Source of the DNA: a virus
Taxonomy: Duplodnaviria > Caudoviricetes
IMG/VR virus record: IMGVR_UViG_3300038962_000198
Span: 1-61,781 of that record
Direction: 5' to 3' (one strand)
Length of the DNA: 61,781 nt
In this document: positions 28,533 to 37,384 of the stretch, in pieces
How positions within the stretch are numbered: position 1 is the first letter of the stretch
Layout of the letters: every line of letters begins with the position of its first letter
Program-made: the position numbers and the translations under genes
The notes under the pieces: generated by a model
Database searches by the model: none
Told to the model about the DNA's origin: nothing
What the model saw: only the letters and a program-made list of their open reading frames with translations

Positions 28533-30398
28533 TTATTGTTTGTTAAGTATAAGTGGAACTTCCATAATTTTATCTAGCATCCTAATTCCCAATACGTCTA
28601 ATTTCAGCAATCCTACATCCTCGCAACTTGGTCCTTCAAATCCCGCAAGTAAGTCCTTCTCTCCTTTATTGGCTGACTTAACCATAGGGCACGTATCCGA
28701 TATAGGGGATGGAGATACAACCACACCAGCAGCATGTTTAGATTGTATAATTTTTGTTCCTTCCATACGCATAGCTTGTTCAAAAATACGCGCCATTTTA
28801 CCTTCCAGTTTTCCATCTTCTCCTATTTCACACCAATCTTTTAATTGGTCTTTTCTGTTTTTAAGAGCCCATAAAATTAAAGATGCTTCTCCTAACTCTT
28901 CTTTCATGTCTTGAAGTTCATCGGCAATTTTAGCTTCGTCCATGATATGTTTAGTAATTTCATTCTGTTCTGTAAATGATATATTTCCTCGTGCTTGCAT
29001 TACCCGTTTGAGAGCAGAACGACCTTGTAGTGTTTGATAAGTAACAATTTGTGCTACGTTCGCTTTGCCGTACTTTTGTTTCATATAGTCAATAACTTTT
29101 TCTCTAGCTTCTTTAGGTACATCAAGATCAATATCGGGCATAGAGATTCGTTCTTCTGTGTTTCTACCCGCATTGTAAAATCTTTCAAAAACTAAATCAT
29201 ATTTAATGGGATCAATTTGAGTAATTCCGATCAAATAAGAAACCATACATCCTGCTGCGCTACCCCTGCCGGGACCAGTTAAGTAGCCTTCATGTTTACA
29301 ATATTTAAGAATATCTTGAACAATAAGAAAGTAACTAGATAAACCTGCTTCTTCAAATACTTCTAACTCTCTATTAACACGATCTCCATAGCGTTCAAAG
29401 TCTTCAGTATTCTTTTGGACATGACCCATTTTTTCAGCCCATCCCAATTTACATAAATGTCGTAAATATTCTCGTGGATTATATCCGGCAGGGGCTTTAA
29501 ATTCGGGAGGATTAGGTGCGCCTAAAATATTATATTGTTCACACATAGAGGCAATTTTAATTGTATTGTCTAATTCTTCATCGGTATGAAACATTTTCAT
29601 GTCTTCATACGATGGTATATGGTAATTGTTAGAGGCAAAGAACGAGCTTAATGATTTAGATTTGCCTTCTTTTAATTCTTGTCGGACTTGTCCTATCGTC
29701 TTTTTTAAAGACGTACACAGTAGTACCTGTTGGTCTTCTGCCGCCTCTCTGGTAGGGTAATGAGCATCGGGAGTTGCAACACATGGAATGTCAGTTTGCT
29801 TAGAAATTTCTCGCAATCGTTCAGCGACTATACGAGCGCTTTCATTGTTTTGCGAATCTATTAATTGAATTTCAATAAAAAAATTGTCTCGACCAAACAT
29901 GTTTTGTAATCGATGAGCTGCCTCACAAATAAACTTATCAGATTTATTCTCTAGAGCAACGTTACCCAAATAAGATCCTAAGTGACCACTAAATGAAATT
30001 AGATTGCCAGAAGATGCCGCCTCTCGTAATTGGTTAAAGTCAATACGAGGCTTATAATAAAATTGATCAGCATTATTAGATTGAGAAACCAAGCCGAGAA
30101 TATCTTTCCACCCCTGTAGGTTTTTGGCTAACACTACTTGGTGAATTAACTTTCTATTTTCAGATGTTTTTTCTGTAACATCTTTCTCTGATAAATAAAA
30201 CTCACATCCTAAGATTTGTTTTTGTGATGCACCCTTAAGAGTTCTGCAAAAATCTACAGCGCCTGATACTGTACCGTGATCGGTGAGCGCGCAAGTGTCT
30301 ATTTCTATATCGTTTAGTCTTTTAGAAATTTGAGAGGCTTGTGAAAGTCCATCTAGTAAACTATATTCAGAATGGACATGCAATGGAACGTAGGTCAT
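28533..30398 (-). CDS. dnaE: DNA polymerase III alpha (DnaE), N-terminal half (PHP and palm/thumb)
   Basis: LHVHSEYSLLDG, ALTDHG, DAHY, GPGRGSAAG, MPDIDLD, SKHAAGVV and GLLKLDVLG motifs. Confidence 0.95.
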   Translation of the reverse strand: MTYVPLHVHSEYSLLDGLSQASQISKRLNDIEIDTCALTDHGTVSGAVDFCRTLKGASQKQILGCEFYLSEKDVTEKTSENRKLIHQVVLAKNLQGWKDILGLVSQSNNADQFYYKPRIDFNQLREAASSGNLISFSGHLGSYLGNVALENKSDKFICEAAHRLQNMFGRDNFFIEIQLIDSQNNESARIVAERLREISKQTDIPCVATPDAHYPTREAAEDQQVLLCTSLKKTIGQVRQELKEGKSKSLSSFFASNNYHIPSYEDMKMFHTDEELDNTIKIASMCEQYNILGAPNPPEFKAPAGYNPREYLRHLCKLGWAEKMGHVQKNTEDFERYGDRVNRELEVFEEAGLSSYFLIVQDILKYCKHEGYLTGPGRGSAAGCMVSYLIGITQIDPIKYDLVFERFYNAGRNTEERISMPDIDLDVPKEAREKVIDYMKQKYGKANVAQIVTYQTLQGRSALKRVMQARGNISFTEQNEITKHIMDEAKIADELQDMKEELGEASLILWALKNRKDQLKDWCEIGEDGKLEGKMARIFEQAMRMEGTKIIQSKHAAGVVVSPSPISDTCPMVKSANKGEKDLLAGFEGPSCEDVGLLKLDVLGIRMLDKIMEVPLILNKQ

Positions 30399-30886
30399 TT
30401 CCTTCTCCTAAAGTTGCGTAATTCTGATATCGGCACATTGTAACAATCGGCTTTAACCATAAACCCATTGGAACGATCAATCTCTCCTCGATTAAGTTTT
30501 TCTGCTTTTTCAAAATATTCATCGTGCTCTAACCATCCCAAAACCCATGCCCTTCCCCATTTTCCATTTACCCATTCTATACGAACAAAAGCGTATCGGT
30601 CACACTTCTGTTTAGTATTATACGCCGCAACCGAACACTCGTAGTGAGATTTTGGTGGAGAAGTGCATCTTTTAGTTTTCACATCATATTTAATATTTTT
30701 ATAAACTATATCGTAATTATAAGTGTTAGTAACCTCTCCTTTTATCAGGGCGTTTGCAATTTCCTCTCCCAAAAATCCCGCTATATTTCCCTGTCCTCTC
30801 GTAATAGAGTTTTTCAACTTGCCCATTTTACGCGCTTTGGCCCATGCTCGTTTTTTCATTTGCGGCGTTATTTTAACTTCTATCAA
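30395..30886 (-). CDS. Putative PD-(D/E)XK-type endonuclease
   Basis: GFLGEE...YDIV...YDVKTK pattern. SD AGGAG upstream of a TTG start. Confidence 0.55.
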   Translation of the reverse strand: MIEVKITPQMKKRAWAKARKMGKLKNSITRGQGNIAGFLGEEIANALIKGEVTNTYNYDIVYKNIKYDVKTKRCTSPPKSHYECSVAAYNTKQKCDRYAFVRIEWVNGKWGRAWVLGWLEHDEYFEKAEKLNRGEIDRSNGFMVKADCYNVPISELRNFRRRK

Positions 30887-30904
30887 TTTATATCTCCTAT
30901 ATTT

Positions 30905-31157
30905 AAAAAACCCCGTTTAACGTTACATGAGCTTAAGCAAAGGCCGGGGTTCCACCTTACTTTTATGGCAACTCAAGGACCATTGTTATGTATTAATGTC
31001 CCGTTTATTCTCGAATGAGTTTAAGCAAAAGTCGGGACCACACTCTGCTTCTGGCAACTCATGACCTAGTTGTAAATTAAAGCCGCCTTAGCTGCTCATT
31101 GGTATTGGTGTCAGGCGACGGCAACCTGTACCCTTTGGCTACCAACGAAACCTAGTT
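30905..31157 (-). ncRNA. Array of three tandem ~70-nt pseudoknotted RNA elements (unassigned family)
   Basis: Units at 31082-31152, 30998-31066 and 30909-30981. Each reads GGU..P1-GCCA-P2-(9-nt loop)-P2'-P1'..UAA-pseudoknot strand. Loop/3' pairings are GCCGUC:GGCGGC, GUCCCG:CGGGAC and AACCCCG:CGGGGUU. G-U wobbles favour the - strand. Confidence 0.7.
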
Positions 31158-32226
31158 ATACTTCTCCCGGCGCTTGATAAGTTCCTATTACATGTTCGGG
31201 ATGAGAACAATTATTAGTTACCCAATCAATTCCATATTTTTTAATCATATATCTCGTTTGTTCGCACTTGGTCATAGGTTGTCCATAAGGAGTTTTCTGT
31301 CTAGGGCGGTGTTCTTTTATAGACTCAACATGTGTATCTTCAAAAGTACTCATCCCTTGATGGCATAGCTTTGTACATTTCCATGATTGCTTAGGATCTA
31401 TTTGTCTAATAGTTTTAGGCTCATCTGTATTCTTAATAAATTGAAATTTTTGCTTTAACATTTCTTCTGTGTCTTTTAAGTCTTCATCTTGAAATTGCAA
31501 TGTAAATGCACCACCATCATTAATAAAAATAATAGTAATTATAAACGCTTTGACATCTGGAAACATTTGTTTCATGGCATAGTGATAGATCCGTAGTTGT
31601 GCGTCATTAAACAAGCTGGCTTGTGTTTTTTCTTTACCTGTTGCCCAATCCAGTCTTCTGCCAGTTTTCCAATCTATAACCTCATAAACCCCATCTCCTA
31701 AATCGGTTACAAGATCTATAGTTCCTTTCATGGCTACGTTACCAATTAATTTTTGGTCATCGACATCATATTCATAAGATGCCCAATCCTTATCGATAAC
31801 AAAATCAAAGCGGGGTTCGGCAGCGACTACATTTCTATTACGAGGATCAAAAGACCCATCGTTAAGTTGTAGCGCTTTCCAAGCCCACAATTGACAATCT
31901 TTAGCATCTTTATCTGTCCATGTATGATGAGGGATGCGACTTGTGTAGTACTCATAAACTCTGGCGGCTATTTTGTTTAGATATTCTGGTTTATAATTAC
32001 TAGTACTAACCCTACCAATATGCTCGTCTACAATAATTTTTTTACCGTCTTGTGCTCCCTTTTTAGCTACTGCACATATTTCTAATACTTTGTGTACGAT
32101 AGTGCCTTTGTCGGCTTTTTTATTAGATGGACCTCTCCAACCTAGAGTATATTCCATATAATATTGCATCGGGCAAAATCGATGACAATTAAAAGATGAC
32201 GATCTAAAATATACAATAGGGATCAT
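31156..32226 (-). CDS. RecB/Cas4-like PD-(D/E)XK exonuclease
   Basis: N-terminal CPMQYY, GTIVH, AAE, KGTIDLV, VIDWKTG, QLRIYH and C-terminal CTKLC...C (possible Fe-S ligands). Confidence 0.85.
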   Translation of the reverse strand: MIPIVYFRSSSFNCHRFCPMQYYMEYTLGWRGPSNKKADKGTIVHKVLEICAVAKKGAQDGKKIIVDEHIGRVSTSNYKPEYLNKIAARVYEYYTSRIPHHTWTDKDAKDCQLWAWKALQLNDGSFDPRNRNVVAAEPRFDFVIDKDWASYEYDVDDQKLIGNVAMKGTIDLVTDLGDGVYEVIDWKTGRRLDWATGKEKTQASLFNDAQLRIYHYAMKQMFPDVKAFIITIIFINDGGAFTLQFQDEDLKDTEEMLKQKFQFIKNTDEPKTIRQIDPKQSWKCTKLCHQGMSTFEDTHVESIKEHRPRQKTPYGQPMTKCEQTRYMIKKYGIDWVTNNCSHPEHVIGTYQAPGEV

Positions 32227-32633
32227 ATTTTATTTCCATAACGATCTTTACCTTGTAAATTATTTACTTCTCTCCAAACCTGACCCCATCCATCTTTGTT
32301 GTCTCCTTCCACTCTGGCGGCTTTGTCGTCAATATATAAGGCAGCGGCAGGTTTGCCCATGAAAGCATGGTGATATTTTACACCGTGTTTTGCTAGCCAA
32401 TCAGTCCACTCACGATACCCTCGGTCGTATTGTAAGTGTATATTTCCTTGCTCTCGATCTCCATATCTGGCAGTATACAGAACGATAGTATATCCTTTCT
32501 CATATAGATTATTTACCTGCTCTATCCCATAGTGTAAAGGGCCAGCTTTGCTATAATCCCCACCGTGCGCTTTGTCTGCAATTACCCCATCACAATCTAT
32601 ACTTAAAACATTAGACGACTCTGGTAAAGGCAT
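32223..32633 (-). CDS. HAD-superfamily phosphatase (capless, small)
   Basis: IDCDGVI, YTAR and MGKP...YIDDK motifs. Confidence 0.85.
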   Translation of the reverse strand: MPLPESSNVLSIDCDGVIADKAHGGDYSKAGPLHYGIEQVNNLYEKGYTIVLYTARYGDREQGNIHLQYDRGYREWTDWLAKHGVKYHHAFMGKPAAALYIDDKAARVEGDNKDGWGQVWREVNNLQGKDRYGNKI

Positions 32634-32634
32634 T

Positions 32635-33402
32635 TTAGCCTCCTATCACTTCAGTCATATTCGTTAAATCTTTAATAGCAAAATATATTTGTTTATTTTG
32701 TTCTGGAATAGATATATTGGTATTATCAATAACTAAATTACATATATCTAAGCATTTTTCAATATGAGTTTCGCTTGCGTGTTGATCAGCCTCTTTGTAG
32801 GGATTACGTTTCAAACCAATTACAAAACCTCCTTTATCTTGAATGGCATGAACTTCGTTTTCAAATCTTACATCTGATATTAATGCAATCTCAGGACTTT
32901 CTTGTTCAATTTGTCTCATGCATGCATTAATCCAAATACTTGGATCAAGACCCCTAAACATATCAGTACCAACAAATTGTAAAACTTCCCTAGCTGTCAT
33001 TGGGCCGTTTGACGAACTTTCGATATTATTAGGTATTTGATCCCATGTAATATGTGTTGGAGTATTTTTTTGTTCATCCGTACCAAATACCCACTCTTCC
33101 TTAAGTCCTAATAATTCCACAGACAGCCTTTTTAACTTATCGGCAAATGCATACACCTTAATAAATTTGCCTAGCTCATTGTCAAATAGATTCGCAACGT
33201 CCACATATGGCGGTCTAAATGGAAACCATGCTTTACCGTCAATACATTCATTAAGAATATCGGTAATCTCAATTTCGCCTTTTTTTGATAGCCGAGTAGA
33301 CTTGCTAATGCCTAATTCAGCAATTTTAAGAGCTAAAATAAAATTACAAGCAGTATTTTTACCCGATTGTTTTTTACCTGCAAATGCTATAATTTGAGTC
33401 AT
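32635..33402 (-). CDS. Deoxynucleoside monophosphate kinase
   Basis: AGKKQSGKNT, AFADKLK, TAREVLQFVGTD, ISDVRFENE and HASE motifs. Confidence 0.88.
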   Translation of the reverse strand: MTQIIAFAGKKQSGKNTACNFILALKIAELGISKSTRLSKKGEIEITDILNECIDGKAWFPFRPPYVDVANLFDNELGKFIKVYAFADKLKRLSVELLGLKEEWVFGTDEQKNTPTHITWDQIPNNIESSSNGPMTAREVLQFVGTDMFRGLDPSIWINACMRQIEQESPEIALISDVRFENEVHAIQDKGGFVIGLKRNPYKEADQHASETHIEKCLDICNLVIDNTNISIPEQNKQIYFAIKDLTNMTEVIGG

Positions 33403-33677
33403 TGTGGTTGAGTTATCCTCCTTAAGGTGTCAATCATACCATCTGCTTCATCGATATCCTTTAGTAGTTTAATCGCTTCCCCTACAATGTCGGGATGTTC
33501 TGCTACACCCACAGACGAATTAAGATATCCATTAATATTGGCTGCGGCTCGTGCTCTTTGAGCAATAAAATGCGCTTCTACTGCCATTAGCAGTGGTTGT
33601 TGAGCGGGTGTTTGTTGAGTGGATTGATTTGTTGGGTTATTGGTTTCACTGTCCATTGTAAAACTTTGTTTAGCCAT
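33399..33677 (-). CDS. Hypothetical protein
   Basis: 92-aa coupled ORF with SVGVAEHPDI motif. Confidence 0.6.
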   Translation of the reverse strand: MAKQSFTMDSETNNPTNQSTQQTPAQQPLLMAVEAHFIAQRARAAANINGYLNSSVGVAEHPDIVGEAIKLLKDIDEADGMIDTLRRITQPQ

Positions 33678-34824
33678 AAGACTCTCCTAATTTAGAAATT
33701 AAAGGTTTTATATCGTTGGTAACTACGTCTACATTCATATCTCCTATGTCATTTGTTTTTAATTTGGGAAAATACAAACGGTACATTTTAGAACATTGTT
33801 CATAGATTCTTTTAGCTCCTTTCTTACCTGCTTCATCATTGTCTAACAAACCAACTATAGATAACGCTCCTGACGTGTCTATAATATTTTTTTGATTATG
33901 GCTCAGGTGTGCTCCAAAAATAGCGACTGAATTATGAATTCCAGCCTCTTCTAGTCGCCAAACGTTTCCGGGCGATTCAACCAAAACCACCACTCCTGTT
34001 TTGGCTATATGCTTTTTGGCGTACCAATAATTATACAAGCAGTTTTCCTTTTTGAAGCCTTTTGTGTGCTTCCATTTTGGAAAAAAGTGACATTTTTTTT
34101 CAGGGTCATGATAGTGTTTACACTGTGAACATTCTGGATGAATACTGCGTCCGCTAAATCCTAAAATATATTCTCCAGACTCATCATAAATAGGGACAAC
34201 GGCACGCTGATAAAGTTCCTTTTTAGGTCTTTTGCATGTGCCTACGTCATATTTGTCTAGGACTTCAATGGAATATCCTCGTTGTAAATAATAAGTGGCT
34301 GGAATTTCCACTTTTTTACGATATGTATCTATATCAAATTTAGTTTTAGTAATGTCTGGAGTAGTAAAATTATTAATTAATGATGCAAATTTTAATTTAT
34401 CAGCACTGTTAGATTTCTCATTGGATTTAATGTTGCCAAAATTTTGCTGCGTAATATTTAATAAAAATTCTACCGTTTCATTAAACGAAGCTTCTTTGTC
34501 CCCTTCAGTTTTCCAATTATATTTTACCCTAGATAATCCTCCTCGCACCAAACTAATTAGAGAAGATCCAAAAATATCTTCGCATTGATGAGTTCTACAC
34601 TTATAATGGACTCTAATATCTGCATTGTAGTAAAGATTTAAAGCGGTGGGATTGTCTCCTCCGTGAATAAAACATGGCGATTTAATTAAAATATTATTTT
34701 TATAAGATGGTTCTGTATCAAAATAGCTATAAATTTTATCAATATGATTAACAACTAGAGTAGTTAGCGCGTTTAGCTTAGCTTGATCTTTATACTTATA
34801 CATATTATGAGAAGGGGATGTCAT
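33670..34824 (-). CDS. dnaG: DNA primase (zinc-binding domain plus Toprim)
   Basis: CFIH...C...C zinc domain, YYLQRG, GFSGR, VLVES and LDNDEAGKKG motifs. Confidence 0.88.
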   Translation of the reverse strand: MTSPSHNMYKYKDQAKLNALTTLVVNHIDKIYSYFDTEPSYKNNILIKSPCFIHGGDNPTALNLYYNADIRVHYKCRTHQCEDIFGSSLISLVRGGLSRVKYNWKTEGDKEASFNETVEFLLNITQQNFGNIKSNEKSNSADKLKFASLINNFTTPDITKTKFDIDTYRKKVEIPATYYLQRGYSIEVLDKYDVGTCKRPKKELYQRAVVPIYDESGEYILGFSGRSIHPECSQCKHYHDPEKKCHFFPKWKHTKGFKKENCLYNYWYAKKHIAKTGVVVLVESPGNVWRLEEAGIHNSVAIFGAHLSHNQKNIIDTSGALSIVGLLDNDEAGKKGAKRIYEQCSKMYRLYFPKLKTNDIGDMNVDVVTNDIKPLISKLGESYG

Positions 34825-36256
34825 CGGCGTAGGTTCCTATATTGTCAGTGTCTATTATGTCGGTTCCGTCTTCTAGTTCAAATGCAGTTTTGCCTTCTAT
34901 TAATTTTCCATACTTGCCAATCATATTAACATTAATATAGTCCTTATCTTGGAGTCCTTCTCCATGTCTCGCAATTAATGGTACAAGCTTTCTATTTCCG
35001 TTCTCAGGCCCGTCTTTTGCAATCTCTTCGTCAGACTTGTTTTTATAAATACTGAAGTTAGAACATAGCCAAATAATTCTGTCTGACCCGCTCGCTGTAT
35101 CTGTTGACTCTTTAGTAATACCATCTCTATTGAGCTGAATAAAAGCTAAAATTGGAATCTCATATTTGATGGCAAAATTATGCAATCCTGTCATAAGGAA
35201 ACCCAACGCTTGATATTCTTTCATGTCTCCTTTAATCTCTGACGATTCCATAATTTTTAAATAGTCATAAATTACTACGCAATCATTGGCTTTACCTTCA
35301 GCATTAATACCCACTTCTTTTGCAAGCCATCTTCTCATAATAGAGAGTTGGTCTTCAAAGGGTTTTCCTCCAATAGATTTGTGATAGTACGGAATGTCTT
35401 TTACATTTTTAGCAGTATCACGAATCTTTTGATTTTTATAACTATTTGAGGCAAACTTACCAGTTTCAATATCGCTGATAGCTACTTCAGTTAGCATAGC
35501 AATACCTCTATCCTGATGGTCTTTCCGTACCATTTCGGTATCCAAATTCAAGACAGGAATATTGAGTTCGCGCGCTATATAAATACCCGCATTTTCTGCA
35601 AATAAAGTTTTTCCCGTTTTAGGTCTAGCGCCAATTACATTAACTGTACCTCTCCTTAATCCTCCTCCGATAGCAAAATCATAACGACTAAACCCTGTAG
35701 GAATTCCCACTTGATCAATAGGATTTTTTGATAGCTCGTCCAATCGGTCTTCTAAATCCGAAAAAACTTTTTGTGGAGAATCGTCGCTATCGTTTAATAG
35801 AGAAGTAAATTCAAATATCGATTCTTCAGCTATCCCTAGTATTTGAGAGATCGGCTCATCTCCTACGACTTGAGCATAACGATCCTTAGTAGATTCTAAT
35901 TGATCGTACATCATACGCGCAATTTGAAGTTTGCGTACTTTAACAGCCATCTTACGTACGTTATCTGGTAAGATCGGAAACTTCATTATACCCGACAGAT
36001 GTTGTATTTCTTCTTTACTGGATACTAATTCATGTAAATTTAACTCCTTGGCTGATGATAAAATAGTTGGTAAGTCTATATTCGCAACCGAATCTTTGTC
36101 CATTATTCGTTTTAAACAAGCATAAATCATAGTATTGGATTCAATAGTAAAGCTATTAGCATCAACCAAGTCTGCTACGTCATAGTAGGCTTGTGATCCA
36201 TACTTACATATTCCGGCCAGTATTGCTCTTTCGGCTGGCGCATCAGATAACATCAT
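34805..36256 (-). CDS. dnaB: Replicative DNA helicase DnaB
   Basis: AERAILAG, GIPTGF, GARPKTGKT, DTEM, IYDYL and IQLNR motifs. Confidence 0.93.
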   Translation of the reverse strand: MMLSDAPAERAILAGICKYGSQAYYDVADLVDANSFTIESNTMIYACLKRIMDKDSVANIDLPTILSSAKELNLHELVSSKEEIQHLSGIMKFPILPDNVRKMAVKVRKLQIARMMYDQLESTKDRYAQVVGDEPISQILGIAEESIFEFTSLLNDSDDSPQKVFSDLEDRLDELSKNPIDQVGIPTGFSRYDFAIGGGLRRGTVNVIGARPKTGKTLFAENAGIYIARELNIPVLNLDTEMVRKDHQDRGIAMLTEVAISDIETGKFASNSYKNQKIRDTAKNVKDIPYYHKSIGGKPFEDQLSIMRRWLAKEVGINAEGKANDCVVIYDYLKIMESSEIKGDMKEYQALGFLMTGLHNFAIKYEIPILAFIQLNRDGITKESTDTASGSDRIIWLCSNFSIYKNKSDEEIAKDGPENGNRKLVPLIARHGEGLQDKDYINVNMIGKYGKLIEGKTAFELEDGTDIIDTDNIGTYADDIPFS

Positions 36257-36274
36257 ACGACATGTCCTTGCTTA

Positions 36275-36955
36275 TTAATTCGTGTAGCAAATTGAATTAG
36301 CGTGCATAACCAATAATACGATAGCATGAAAATGGGTAATACTTGCAGCGATAACTAATATGTGCCAAATAGTATGAAAGTGATATTTACGATAGTCTAA
36401 AACAAGAAATATAGTTCCGATGCTATATAAAATTCCACCTATAATCATTAAATTTATAATGTTGGATGTTAAGGATGACTGTATAAGTAGAATCGTCACC
36501 GACTCTATCCATCCTAAAATTAGATATAACTTAACATCTACATTGTTAAGATTGTGTGAAAAAAGCAATTTAGAAAGACATCCCATTAGGGCCAATATCC
36601 ACAACGATGTTACTATTGATACTTTAACTATAAACGGAATAGATTGATCGCGCAGTAAAAAGTACATAAAAGGCGTTGCTGTTCCCACTATGAGTAAATA
36701 TATAAAAGCTTGGTCGCACTTACGTAAAAAAGTATTAATTTGTTTAAACATATACATATGTGACAGGCTAGAGGCGAGATATACCATAGTTAAAGTTATT
36801 GCATACACAACACATAAACTGGTTAGTAGTGCATTTGCATAACTATATGTCATATGCAACAGTATGTAGCCGCCGATAATGCTTAAAAGTAATCCTAATC
36901 CGTGTGTAATAACTGCTTCTAATTCTTCGCGCTTAGTGCGTAAGTTATGTATCAT
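36275..36955 (-). CDS. Hemolysin III / PAQR family membrane protein
   Basis: About 7 TM segments with EE...THG, SSLSH, CDQAFIYLLIVGT, LYLILGW, GGILYSIG and HTIWH...H motifs. Confidence 0.9.
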   Translation of the reverse strand: MIHNLRTKREELEAVITHGLGLLLSIIGGYILLHMTYSYANALLTSLCVVYAITLTMVYLASSLSHMYMFKQINTFLRKCDQAFIYLLIVGTATPFMYFLLRDQSIPFIVKVSIVTSLWILALMGCLSKLLFSHNLNNVDVKLYLILGWIESVTILLIQSSLTSNIINLMIIGGILYSIGTIFLVLDYRKYHFHTIWHILVIAASITHFHAIVLLVMHANSICYTN

Positions 36956-36961
36956 GAGTGT

Positions 36962-37384
36962 TTATCGGTTCCTTCCTCGACATATGCACGAATTACACTT
37001 ATAGCGATCTCGTTCAAGGGGTATTAGGGATGGTGATATATTAAATGTTTTTTTACATTCCATACACTGTATTGATACTTTCTCATATTTACGTCCCGGT
37101 ATCATTATACCATGTTTTTTGGGTTTGTCAAGCCCCTTTTTCTTATCAAATTTGGAAGCTTGTTTTAATTCTTTTTCTTCTTCGGGTGTTAATTGAAGAT
37201 CATCAACTACGTCGGGCGTAGACCGTGTTGGAGGTTTAGATTTTTGCTTTTTCTTTCTTTTTCCACTACCTCGTTTTCTATTTCTAGGCTTATTGGTGGC
37301 CTTACCAAGTAGCGTGGTTAATGTTAACAGCTCTTCTTCAGATAAATTTTCTAGTATTTGTTGTAGATCTTTTTTTTTATCCAT
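36962..37384 (-). CDS. Hypothetical basic protein with C-terminal zinc finger
   Basis: Lys/Arg-rich, CMEC...CNSC. Start refined to MDKKK (37384) to avoid a 107-nt overlap. Confidence 0.6.
   Translation of the reverse strand: MDKKKDLQQILENLSEEELLTLTTLLGKATNKPRNRKRGSGKRKKKQKSKPPTRSTPDVVDDLQLTPEEEKELKQASKFDKKKGLDKPKKHGIMIPGRKYEKVSIQCMECKKTFNISPSLIPLERDRYKCNSCICRGRNR

Noticed and set aside
28381-28914. 177-aa + strand ORF across the dnaE/exonuclease junction
   Set aside because: It is an antisense shadow of two well-supported genes and Ser-rich as expected for a reverse frame.
30644-31018. 124-aa + strand ORF overlapping the RNA array
   Set aside because: It is antisense to a credible gene in an all-minus region, with atypical composition and no motif.
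30905-31157. CRISPR mini-array next to a Cas4-like gene
   Set aside because: There are no identical repeats with unique spacers. The units conserve structure rather than sequence, and no cas1/cas2 is in the window.
30905-31157. tmRNA, tRNA, or a known riboswitch/ribozyme (SAM, HDV-like, pistol, hatchet)
   Set aside because: There is no TpsiC arm or CCA end and no convincing tag frame. Only short chance-level word matches to those families were found, and the stem order does not fit them.
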